A DNA stretch of 64,000 bases from positions 1 to 64,000 of the forward strand of contig ADNK01001243.1 in the NCBI GenBank assembly GCA_000320545.1. Direction: 5' to 3'. Shown here piece by piece: positions 51,650 to 60,445 of this stretch. The notes below the pieces were generated by a model. It did no database searches. It saw only the letters and a list, made by a program, of their open reading frames with translations, and had not been told where the DNA came from. Numbering within the stretch: the first letter of the stretch is position 1; every line of letters starts with the position of its first letter. Position numbers and translations under genes: made by a program. This DNA comes from Bigelowiella natans CCMP2755 (lineage: Eukaryota > Protista > Cercozoa).

Positions 51650-52543
51650 ATGGGATCATTTGACAAGATAAAAGATGGATTCAAAAAAGCTGCAAATGAT
51701 GTAAAAAAAACATCAGGGCATGTAACAAGACAAATCAAAAAAGATTTTGCAAAAGCAGGAGATGCCATCAAAGATGCATCTATCATGGCAGGTGATGAAA
51801 TTAAAAAAGGAGCCCATGAAGTTGGAGATCAACTAAAAAAACAAGAAGTCCAACAGGCACTCGCAGGGACTGGAATTGCTTTGGCTAATGTTGCTACAGG
51901 AGGGGCATTTGCTCCAGAATTAATGGTAGGTGGATTAGCAATTCAAGGTGCAATCGAAGCTGCTAATGCAAAATCTTTACCTTGTGATACCATGCTACAG
52001 GCAGGAACAGCACATGCTACTGGTGAAATAGATTTTAACAAAAGAGGTAAGGGAGTGTCAAGTTTTAGCGAAGGTATTTCTAATTTAAGAGAAGAAGGTA
52101 TGAAACGATTTGATGGTGTTGAAGATGAACTAAGTGATGAAGCGATCAAGCGATGTGACAATGTCAAAAGAAAAGTGGAAAATAGATTAGGATTTGATCC
52201 AACACAAATGCAATCTACAGATGAAGCTACAGATTTATTAAAAGCACAAATTGATAGGAATGGAAAATTAGAGCAACAGCTAATGGATTTAAGAAGTGGA
52301 AAAGCGTTAGAAAATTTAACAAATGAAGCAAAAAGTGAATTAAAAAAAGAAGTAAGTAGTCAAGGCAATAAAATACTAAATGATGTTTTAGGTAAAGTAT
52401 CTCAAAAGAAAAGCAAAGTGAAAAAAGCCACAAAAAAAGTTGAGAAGAAGGTGAAATCTTCTAAACGTAAAATGGCTGATGTCATTAAAAAGATGAAACA
52501 AAATCAACAGAGATACAGAATGTCAAGTGGTATTATGAATTGA
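51650..52543 (+). CDS. PLV hypothetical helical protein with Gly/Ala-rich hydrophobic segment
   Basis: ~297-aa ORF, amphipathic N-terminus, ALAGTGIALANVATGGAFAPELMVGGLAI, basic tail; directly upstream of the capsid gene. Confidence 0.7.
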   Translation: MGSFDKIKDGFKKAANDVKKTSGHVTRQIKKDFAKAGDAIKDASIMAGDEIKKGAHEVGDQLKKQEVQQALAGTGIALANVATGGAFAPELMVGGLAIQGAIEAANAKSLPCDTMLQAGTAHATGEIDFNKRGKGVSSFSEGISNLREEGMKRFDGVEDELSDEAIKRCDNVKRKVENRLGFDPTQMQSTDEATDLLKAQIDRNGKLEQQLMDLRSGKALENLTNEAKSELKKEVSSQGNKILNDVLGKVSQKKSKVKKATKKVEKKVKSSKRKMADVIKKMKQNQQRYRMSSGIMN

Positions 52544-52610
52544 AAAAAAAATGTTATGAAAAAATTATATTCGTTTTGATATGATTTTTTTTCATCTACA
52601 CATTGTTAAC

Positions 52611-54278
52611 ATGGATGCAATTAGTAAAACTACCGATGTTAGTAGATTTCCAGAAATGGACTACAGTTTACCCCCTATGGATAAAATTTTTATTGATTCA
52701 GTCTCTCATTTTAGAGAAGAGATGAAAAATAGTAACAATGCTGAAAAAGCGAACACCAAAATGCGTTTTTTCATTCCAGCTCAACAAAGAGCAGTAGACC
52801 CATCTGAATTATATTTTCAATTAAATGTTGCTGCCAGAACAGCTGGAGATGCTGATTTACCAGCGGTTGACCAATTAAGATTAAGACTTGCTGAAGGTGG
52901 AGTTCATTCTCTCTTTAGAGAGATGATTGTTAGAGATGGTAGAGGTAATGTCATTGAAAAAATTAATAACTACAACCTTGTTACTAAAATTTTACAAGAT
53001 GCTTTGTTAACTAAAGAAGTTAAAAATAATTCATTAAATGTGGAAGGTGTTTGCAATGACCAAGGATTGTTTAACACAGTTCATAGCAAATTTGATGTTA
53101 CTGGCAACACCTTAGAATTAAAAGCACCTGTGGCTCAGGTCGTAGCTAATACTCTTCCAGCAGGTGCGCTTAATTTTGGTGCTGCCAATGCTGCTCCTGT
53201 TGCTGCTGTGATCACTCCCGCTTCACCATCAAGAGTACTTGGTGTAGGAACTCAATTCTTAACTCAACTAAGACCAGGTTCTGTTGTTAAATTTGATGGA
53301 AATAGTCACACAGTTGCTCATGTTGCATCTGATGCAGAATTTGTATCTGCTACTAACATTGCTGCTGATGCTGCTGCTGCTAACATTGTTGCTGGTAGAG
53401 ATTTTGTTGAAGGATTACTTGAAACAGAAAGTCGTTACAAAAAATTCCATCACGATAGACTTTTTACACCAGATGGAGCTGTTCATTGCTTCCAACCATG
53501 CTGCTCCGGATTTTTATCTCAAAACAAATACCTTCATCTTGATCATTGTGGTGGGTTAGAATTTGAATTTACTTTAGATAGCAATGCCATGATTTTCGAT
53601 GACACTAACACAGCAGGTAATGCTAATATTTTCATTAAACAAGGCTATGTTCATTGCACTGCTCTTGAATTTTCACCAGTTGTTGAAGCTGCTCTTGCTA
53701 AAGCACATGTGAGAGGATCATCTATGAGTTTCCCTGTGTACCATGTAGTTAGTAGAACACAAAATGCTTCTACCTCTGTTTCTCAGGAATATCAAGAAAG
53801 TTTAGCAATTCTCAAAATGGTCAAAATTGTTAGTGGACCAACTGGGTTTGATGCAAATACTGGAGCATCATTTTTCTTTGAAGATCTAACCAGTGCTGAA
53901 AGAATTTGCTGGGAGATCAACAAACAAAGATTTACTGAGTGTGGCAATGATGACATTTTACCTCAAGTTGTTTTTGTGAATGACAGAATTGGCAAAAATC
54001 TGTTAGGAGATTACAAACATGCTACAATTTCTTGTGGAGAATTCAAAGAAGCAGGTAAATCTGCTTTAATTTTCAACACCCAAAACCATGAAGAAGGTAA
54101 TTACACAGGAGTTAACACCAACCGAGCAACTATGAGACTTAAAATTGAAGGAGGAGATGGTGCTGCTGGTGCTTTACAACCTGGAATTGCTAATGTAGGT
54201 AGACAAATCGATGTGTTAATGATGCACGAGCAATACATCATGTTAAAAGATGGAGAAAGTATGACCGTGCGATCTTAG
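52611..54278 (+). CDS. PLV major capsid protein (double jelly-roll), with probable Ala-rich insertion
   Basis: Beta-rich ~555 aa; SLFREMIVRDGRGNVIEKINNYNLVTKILQ and GGLEFEFTL resemble PLV capsid motifs; sits between the ATPase and the penton-like gene; ATG 52611 has TCTA 12 nt upstream. Confidence 0.8.
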   Translation: MDAISKTTDVSRFPEMDYSLPPMDKIFIDSVSHFREEMKNSNNAEKANTKMRFFIPAQQRAVDPSELYFQLNVAARTAGDADLPAVDQLRLRLAEGGVHSLFREMIVRDGRGNVIEKINNYNLVTKILQDALLTKEVKNNSLNVEGVCNDQGLFNTVHSKFDVTGNTLELKAPVAQVVANTLPAGALNFGAANAAPVAAVITPASPSRVLGVGTQFLTQLRPGSVVKFDGNSHTVAHVASDAEFVSATNIAADAAAANIVAGRDFVEGLLETESRYKKFHHDRLFTPDGAVHCFQPCCSGFLSQNKYLHLDHCGGLEFEFTLDSNAMIFDDTNTAGNANIFIKQGYVHCTALEFSPVVEAALAKAHVRGSSMSFPVYHVVSRTQNASTSVSQEYQESLAILKMVKIVSGPTGFDANTGASFFFEDLTSAERICWEINKQRFTECGNDDILPQVVFVNDRIGKNLLGDYKHATISCGEFKEAGKSALIFNTQNHEEGNYTGVNTNRATMRLKIEGGDGAAGALQPGIANVGRQIDVLMMHEQYIMLKDGESMTVRS

Positions 54279-54346
54279 ATTGTTTCATTGTTCTTAAATT
54301 CCACCAAAATTTATGTCATAAAAATTCATTTCTAACATGAATTAAT

Positions 54347-55063
54347 ATGAAACAACACAAAATTTATTTTAATAGCAAAGATGGAATTACTGGAACAACC
54401 AATGATTTAAATTATCAATTAAATAGTGCAATTGACAATGCATCTTCTATTTCTATTACAAGAGTAAGATTTCCAATTACTTGTTACAATGTGTCAGCTA
54501 AAAATAACATTTTAGAAATTGAGAATAGTTCTGGAAACAAAACAAGTATGGAATTAACAAAACAAAATTACAGTGCTACTGAATTAGTAACAGAATTACA
54601 AACTAAACTTTCAACTAATGCCTCATCAGTAGGAACTTTTACTCCTGTGCACAATGCTAAAACAGGAAAATTTAGTACAGGTTGTAGTGATAGTTTCAAA
54701 ATAATTAAAAACGAATGCTCTAAATTTTTAGGTTACAATGACACTACATCTCTCTCTGCATTACATGTAGCAGATAACATGAGTAATCTTTCGCCAAAAC
54801 CTGTTTACATCCAAACTGATTTACAACTGGATGCAGAATTAGCAGGTCAATTATCAAACATAGTTTATGAAGTTAGTGGCGATGTTTCTTTTGGAAGTAT
54901 TTTGCATGATGATGAAAAACCAAGTGAAAGAGTAGAACTAATGAAAAAAAAGAATGTAAGCAACTTAAAATTTGCATTAGTAGATGGAGATGGAGATGAA
55001 ATTGAAAATAATGGCATAGATTATTCTATGACAGTATCTTTGTTTTATCAGACTAAGGAATAA
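54347..55063 (+). CDS. PLV minor capsid (penton) protein
   Basis: IYFNSKD...FPITCYNVSAKNN...LKFALVDGDGDEIENNGIDYSMTVSL follows the single-jelly-roll penton pattern; directly follows the MCP. Confidence 0.8.
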   Translation: MKQHKIYFNSKDGITGTTNDLNYQLNSAIDNASSISITRVRFPITCYNVSAKNNILEIENSSGNKTSMELTKQNYSATELVTELQTKLSTNASSVGTFTPVHNAKTGKFSTGCSDSFKIIKNECSKFLGYNDTTSLSALHVADNMSNLSPKPVYIQTDLQLDAELAGQLSNIVYEVSGDVSFGSILHDDEKPSERVELMKKKNVSNLKFALVDGDGDEIENNGIDYSMTVSLFYQTKE

Positions 55064-55094
55064 GAAAAAAAATATCTAATCATCATTAATAAAA

Positions 55095-56639
55095 ATGAGT
55101 GTTAGCATTACAGGTAAACTTGTTCCTAACCCTAATGTGTCTGGTGGAACAAACAATGACAACAATTCTTCAGCAGGAGGTGTAGTTGGGATCACGAGCA
55201 ATTCGAATGACATTAATTTTGATAAAGGAGTTTCTGTGAATGGTATAAAATTTCAAAACACAGGAAACCAAAACGGACTTTTTATGGGTGTTGATTTGTC
55301 TGGTAATTCGTCTATGGAAATGGTCTCTCCAACAACCTACATTGATTTTGTACATCAATTAGGTTCTGATTATGCGAATCGCATTCTGTCAAAAAATGAC
55401 GGTATTCACTTCACAGGGGATTTGCATGTGGGTATCATTAGACCTAATTGTACATCTTCAAGTACAATGACATCTACGAATGGAACTTTTAATGCTATTA
55501 ATTTAGACGGTGTCCCTTTGAATCCAAGAAATTGTTTAGTTCACGGGATTACATCTGACATTGTAAGTGGAAACATAAATTTTACTATAAATTCTAATTT
55601 TCAAGAAAAATTAACAACATTAGGTGATCATAATCTTTCAAATAAAATGACAAACGATGCTACAAATGGTTTGATTATTAATGCTAATGATGTTAACAAT
55701 GCAAGTGTTTCATTAACTAAAGTATCAAAGTTTTCTTCATCTGCATTAGGAAAAGAACCAAAAATAATTAACATTGATAATGATTTGCAATTGTCTAATC
55801 ATTCAGGTGTGCCTTCAATGAGGTTCAAAGATGACACTGGTAATGTTCAAATTTTATGTAATGAATTAGAGGTAATAGATAACATGGGGCAGGTAAAATT
55901 AAAGATGTTAGAAAAAATGAATAACACAGAAAACAAACTTAATCCAATCACTTTGTCATCTAATAACGAACATCAATTTTCAAGTTCCATTTTTGTAAAT
56001 GGTTTGAGAAGCACAACACAACCTCATATCGATGGTATTTGTTTAGGAAAAGACATTCATAACAGTAGTAGTATTGACTTCGTTAGTCCAACATGCTACA
56101 TTGATTTCGTTCATAACAATTTGGGAACAGATTATGCAAATCGGATTTTATCAAACAATGATGGCATTCACATTGCAGGTGACATGCATGTGAATGATGC
56201 TAAAATTGCTGGAGATGTTACATTTCAAGGTTCATTGTTATCTAACACAATAACAGATTTAACAAATAGATTAAATGCAATTGAAGCATTAGCTACAAGC
56301 AATAGCAACAACATTCAAAATGGATTTAGTAATGTGAATGTCCCCATCATGAGAGTCATTAATAATTCATCTACTGTTGTTTTCTTTGAAAGTGGCAATC
56401 AGCCACCTTTTTATAATCCTCGTGTAGAAAGTGGTAAATCTACAGTTTTAGAATATGCTTCAAATGTTGTGTCATTAAATGTTCGTTCAAGTTCTCCATC
56501 ACATAATGCTTTCAATCTTACAGCAGACAAAGCAGTTAGTATAAATTCTGGTTCTGATCCTAACATGCCAACTGGAGCTCAATATAGAGTCGAATTAAAT
56601 GGTCAGAATTTTGTAACTTTTACTATTTCTAATCCATAA
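55095..56639 (+). CDS. PLV fibre/spike-like protein with internal duplication
   Basis: Asn/Ser-rich beta protein with two copies of VSPTxYIDFVH..LGxDYANRILSxNDGIHxxGDxHV and a short coiled coil before the C-terminal domain. Confidence 0.65.
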   Translation: MSVSITGKLVPNPNVSGGTNNDNNSSAGGVVGITSNSNDINFDKGVSVNGIKFQNTGNQNGLFMGVDLSGNSSMEMVSPTTYIDFVHQLGSDYANRILSKNDGIHFTGDLHVGIIRPNCTSSSTMTSTNGTFNAINLDGVPLNPRNCLVHGITSDIVSGNINFTINSNFQEKLTTLGDHNLSNKMTNDATNGLIINANDVNNASVSLTKVSKFSSSALGKEPKIINIDNDLQLSNHSGVPSMRFKDDTGNVQILCNELEVIDNMGQVKLKMLEKMNNTENKLNPITLSSNNEHQFSSSIFVNGLRSTTQPHIDGICLGKDIHNSSSIDFVSPTCYIDFVHNNLGTDYANRILSNNDGIHIAGDMHVNDAKIAGDVTFQGSLLSNTITDLTNRLNAIEALATSNSNNIQNGFSNVNVPIMRVINNSSTVVFFESGNQPPFYNPRVESGKSTVLEYASNVVSLNVRSSSPSHNAFNLTADKAVSINSGSDPNMPTGAQYRVELNGQNFVTFTISNP

Positions 56640-56689
56640 TAGTCTTTCGTTTAAAATTGAAAAAAAATATATAGTTATATCATAATCAT

Positions 56690-57139
56690 GTGGATAATGT
56701 TAGTAATGTTCGAGAAACTTTGAAAGGTTACAGAGTAACACAATTAAAAGAATTATGTCGTGAAGTAGGAATATCTCAATGTGCGAGAAACAAAAAAACT
56801 TTAATAGACAGATTGACACCCATGGTTCTAAAAAGTGCTGGGTGTGAAGTCGTTTCTATTGAAAAAGAAGAGGAGGTAAAAAAAGAAGCTAAAACAATCA
56901 AAAGAGTTCCAGTTAAAAATAGTGTCAAAAAGAAAGAAGAAAAAATTAGTCTTGAATCAAAAGAAGATAGCAATGATGAAAAAGTAAGTGTAGAAATAGA
57001 AGAAGATAGTAATGATGAAAGTTCAATAACTGAATCACCACAGGAAGATCAAATTAATGTCAATCTTTCTAATGGAAGGAACAATAATTGTTTTATTAAC
57101 TTTAGGTATATGTGTGATGATTGGATACATATTTGGTAG
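56690..57139 (+). CDS. PLV protein with N-terminal HeH/Rho-N-like nucleic-acid-binding motif (start codon now GTG)
   Basis: LKGYRVTQLKELCREVGISQCARNKKTLIDRL followed by an acidic tail. Confidence 0.65.
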   Translation: MDNVSNVRETLKGYRVTQLKELCREVGISQCARNKKTLIDRLTPMVLKSAGCEVVSIEKEEEVKKEAKTIKRVPVKNSVKKKEEKISLESKEDSNDEKVSVEIEEDSNDESSITESPQEDQINVNLSNGRNNNCFINFRYMCDDWIHIW

Positions 57140-57252
57140 AGTGTCGGCCTCAATTACTGATTTAGACCCCACTAACGATCACTTGATTACACATTAAAAA
57201 ATTATTTTTTTTTGAAATTTTGTTTGTAAAAATTATCTAAATCTTTATAAAT

Positions 57253-57861
57253 GTGAGTTCTTCAACCGCAACTTTTAGAAATAATGTCCTCGTGGAAGGA
57301 ACATTGAGTGGATTAACAATTACAAGAATCGACCAAGAGAAAACCCAAGTACTTAATAGTCTCAATCAACACATTACCGATTTCCAAGCAGAACAGACTG
57401 CTACTCAAACTGAAAGAGATGCTCTTTCAGCAGCATTAACTCAGGCTCAAACAGACACTACTAATGCAATTGCAGGAGTTCAGTTACAAATTGATGATAA
57501 CAAGACAGACATAGAAGGAAAACTAGCAAATGAAGTCAATGCGAGACTTTCTCTCGCTTCAGAAGTGAGCACAAGAAATGCATTTGTGGATTCTGAAATT
57601 GTAAGGCTAGACCAACAACATGCTGACGATGATGCTAGATCAACAAATGCAGAAACTCGTTTGGACAACATTGATGTAGATTTACAAAATCAAATTGATA
57701 GTGCTGTAAATCAACTTAATATTAATCATCAAAATGTTGAACCAAGAACAGCAAAGCTCGAGGAACATTTAGTGATCGATGAGTCTGACCCAGCAAACCC
57801 AGTCGTAAGCATTAAAGCAGGAGTGAAATTCGTTGTCACTGGTGATTTCGAACATGCTTAG
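57253..57861 (+). CDS. PLV coiled-coil, possibly structural, protein (start codon now GTG)
   Basis: 202-aa ORF, long heptad-like centre between short beta-like ends; TCTA 13 nt upstream. Confidence 0.7.
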   Translation: MSSSTATFRNNVLVEGTLSGLTITRIDQEKTQVLNSLNQHITDFQAEQTATQTERDALSAALTQAQTDTTNAIAGVQLQIDDNKTDIEGKLANEVNARLSLASEVSTRNAFVDSEIVRLDQQHADDDARSTNAETRLDNIDVDLQNQIDSAVNQLNINHQNVEPRTAKLEEHLVIDESDPANPVVSIKAGVKFVVTGDFEHA

Positions 57862-57910
57862 ATTGCAAATGTGATTTAAATAACATGTAAAAATCTAACA
57901 ATTAATGATA

Positions 57911-58153
57911 ATGTCTAATATTAAGGGTGGTGGTGCTATTTTCAAAGAAAGACCCACAATGTCAAATGATGTTGTAGGTCAAACAATGGATACTATTAAT
58001 CAACAATTAAATGATAACAAGACCCAAAACACAGAAAATAAATTACAACTTGATTTTTTAAAAGAAGTTTTTACAATAGACAAAGAAAACAAAACTGTTA
58101 CGATGAATCCTGAATACAAACTCATCATTCCTAATGATTTAATTCAAGGATAG
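57911..58153 (+). CDS. PLV short coiled-coil protein with the same layout as 57253-57861
   Basis: Similar termini and a shorter coil; TCTA 13 nt upstream of ATG 57911. Confidence 0.6.
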   Translation: MSNIKGGGAIFKERPTMSNDVVGQTMDTINQQLNDNKTQNTENKLQLDFLKEVFTIDKENKTVTMNPEYKLIIPNDLIQG

Positions 58154-58191
58154 TTCGTTTAAAATAGTATAGTTTTTTATAGTCATAAGTA

Positions 58192-58809
58192 ATGACTACA
58201 AAAAATGTTACGTTTTACAGAATTACATGTTTAACCACAAGAGAAACATGTGTAGGTTCTACTACTATGGATCCAAAAGTGAGATTACAAATGCATGTTG
58301 CTAATTTTAGAGCATACAAGAAAGGTTTTGGTAATTGTTGTTCTTCCTTTCAAATCATAGAAAGAGATAATTACATGTTTCAAATAATTTCGGTAGTAGA
58401 TGCTAAAAAAATATCGGTTCATCAGAAACGAAAGAAAGAAGCTGAACTGATAGCAGAAGAGAAGACAAAAAGAAATTGTGTCAACAAAAATGTCCCAGGT
58501 AGAGATGTAAAACAATACAGAATAGATAATGGAGATTACATCAATGCCTATGCGAGAGATTATTATCATGATGAAACGAAACACGACAAAATATATTGTT
58601 GCTTTTGTGACAGATTTGTGATCAAAAAACATTATGACAAACATATTCATTGTAAAAAGCATATAAAAAATCTTCTCAAATTAAATAATGAAAATAAAAA
58701 TACCAGCGAAAGTAAGCAAGAAAGCAAGATTAGCATTGAAATTGAAAAAATTAGGTTGGAAAGGAATGACAGAGACAGGAATAAACAGAGCAAAGCAATT
58801 AGCACATGA
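58192..58809 (+). CDS. GIY-YIG endonuclease with C2H2 finger
   Basis: TFYRITC...TCVGST...RL..H...E...CVN core and CCFC...HIHCKKH; the YIG motif reads CVG. Confidence 0.8.
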   Translation: MTTKNVTFYRITCLTTRETCVGSTTMDPKVRLQMHVANFRAYKKGFGNCCSSFQIIERDNYMFQIISVVDAKKISVHQKRKKEAELIAEEKTKRNCVNKNVPGRDVKQYRIDNGDYINAYARDYYHDETKHDKIYCCFCDRFVIKKHYDKHIHCKKHIKNLLKLNNENKNTSESKQESKISIEIEKIRLERNDRDRNKQSKAIST

Positions 58810-59419
58810 CGATGCTATAGACATTGAAGATATTGTGGTGATGAATGCTTGGTTTAGTAGACATCAATACGTATCAAAAATAGGTTATGATAAATGGAAA
58901 GCACAAGGGAAACCAATGGATCAAGGACAAAGAAACAGGAGAAGAGGTGCCGTAAGTTGGGCCGGATGGGGGGGAGATGCTGGTTTTGATTGGATTAATA
59001 GCAAAAAGGTTCAAGATAAAATTAAAAAATATAAGATAAGCATCAATGAGAAGTATGTTCCAAAATCTCTTAGTAAAGAAGATAGGAAAAAACAAATAGA
59101 GAGCATTTTTTATGGTAGAGCACGGCCTAAATTAAGAAGTTTCAAAAGCAAGAAATCTAAATGGACTGTTAAAGCTGACAAGTATTTCAAAGGTGATACA
59201 TCCTCATCTAATGTGACTAAAGTTTTAGATGTTCCTTTAAAAGCATTAAAAAAAATTATGAAAAAAGGTGAAGGAGCTTACTACTCTGGGGGATCAAGAC
59301 CGAATCAAAGTGCTGAGTCGTGGTCAAGAGCCCGTCTGTATTCTGTTCTGTTTGGTGGACCATCTCGTGATGTTGATAAAAAGATTGTAAGCAAATATGA
59401 TATTCCTTTATTGAAATAA
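58688..59419 (+). CDS. Two-domain viral hypothetical protein
   Basis: N-terminal GINRAKQLA..AWFSRH..VSWAGWGGDAG and C-terminal YVPKSLS..KGEGAYYSGGSRPNQSAESWSRARL segments, both resembling uncharacterised proteins of dsDNA viruses. Confidence 0.7.
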   Translation: MKIKIPAKVSKKARLALKLKKLGWKGMTETGINRAKQLAHDDAIDIEDIVVMNAWFSRHQYVSKIGYDKWKAQGKPMDQGQRNRRRGAVSWAGWGGDAGFDWINSKKVQDKIKKYKISINEKYVPKSLSKEDRKKQIESIFYGRARPKLRSFKSKKSKWTVKADKYFKGDTSSSNVTKVLDVPLKALKKIMKKGEGAYYSGGSRPNQSAESWSRARLYSVLFGGPSRDVDKKIVSKYDIPLLK

Positions 59420-59438
59420 AAAAATCTATAGTATTATA

Positions 59439-59597
59439 ATGGTATTGAAAAAATTAACCAAAAGACAGAAAGATTTGTTGACCGCTCACAGTAAGCATCA
59501 TAGTAAAAAACATATGGCTTCTATGAGAATGAACCTAATGTTAGGTAAAACTTTCAAAGAAGCCCACGAGATAGCAACTAAAAAGTATGGTAAGTAA
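59439..59597 (+). CDS. Small His/Lys-rich viral protein (52 aa, below the ORF-track cutoff)
   Basis: MVLKKLTKRQKDLLTAHSKHHSKKHMASMRMNLMLGKTFKEAHEIATKKYGK*; TCTA 10 nt upstream; fills the intergenic gap. Confidence 0.65.
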   Translation: MVLKKLTKRQKDLLTAHSKHHSKKHMASMRMNLMLGKTFKEAHEIATKKYGK

Positions 59598-59632
59598 ATA
59601 ATTTTTATTATTATTATCAATGACAATAAATC

Positions 59633-60445
59633 TTATTTATCTTCAAGTTTGATGTTTTTTTTGTCTTTTGAAATCTTGTAATATTTGCGGAACAATTTAT
59701 CAAAATCATCTGATTTGAGACCAAGATATTTTATGTATTCATCTTGTAATTTAATATTCTCTTTGTCATTTGAGTTTTTATAATATTTAAGAAACAATCT
59801 ATCAAAATTCTTTGATTTAACATCATTAGGCAACACACATCTAATGGTGCCTTCAAGACTTCCATCACTATATTTCACTTTGAAGGTAGTAGGTTCTTGA
59901 TGGTTATTTTTCTTTGCTTTGTTTGCATGGTCTAATATTTCAACGATGTATTTCTGCTTTTTGTTTCGTAGATTGTATGTAGGTTTTGACTCAATGTCTG
60001 TAAGTTTTTTAAATTGTTTACAATTTAATATTCTCATCAATTTACTCAACCTTATTAATATTCTTTCATCGCCTCTGTCTACTAACAAGTTGTTTTTTCT
60101 AGCATACTGTTTTAATTTTAGTTCATATTTATGAACCATAGAGTTTATAGCTGCTACTTTTTTGCTCTTTTCAGTGATGAATAAGTAATGTAATTTGCAA
60201 CCCATCCAAGGTCTTTTGGAGTCAGTGTACCCATAATATGATATGTAATCTTTTAATCTTGATGCTGGTTGAGTTCCCTTGCCTTGACCGAACTTGATGA
60301 CAAGTTCTTCAGTGAATTTCCTTTTGTATGTGTCCATGTTTGATGATATCACATACAAAAATCTTTTGTTCTTCAAAGATCTAAATTGTTCTTCCGTCAG
60401 CCATTTGTCCAATGGTTTTCCCATTTTTGATTTGAATATTCTCAT
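59633..60445 (-). CDS. TIR-encoded protein: GIY-YIG-like N-terminus and chromodomain-like segment
   Basis: FLYVI...IKFG...RLKDY...E pattern, then QKYIVEILDH...FKVKYSDGS. Confidence 0.6.
   Translation of the reverse strand: MRIFKSKMGKPLDKWLTEEQFRSLKNKRFLYVISSNMDTYKRKFTEELVIKFGQGKGTQPASRLKDYISYYGYTDSKRPWMGCKLHYLFITEKSKKVAAINSMVHKYELKLKQYARKNNLLVDRGDERILIRLSKLMRILNCKQFKKLTDIESKPTYNLRNKKQKYIVEILDHANKAKKNNHQEPTTFKVKYSDGSLEGTIRCVLPNDVKSKNFDRLFLKYYKNSNDKENIKLQDEYIKYLGLKSDDFDKLFRKYYKISKDKKNIKLEDK

Noticed and set aside
49687-55063. Assignment as a true virophage (Lavidaviridae) or canonical Maverick/Polinton
   Set aside because: No cysteine protease or rve integrase is recognisable, and the capsid motifs look PLV-like; a profile search is needed to settle it.
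43501-60445. Alternative genetic code as the cause of Cys/His at Tyr positions
   Set aside because: The effect is patchy within single ORFs, differs between the two TIR copies and also affects non-coding DNA.
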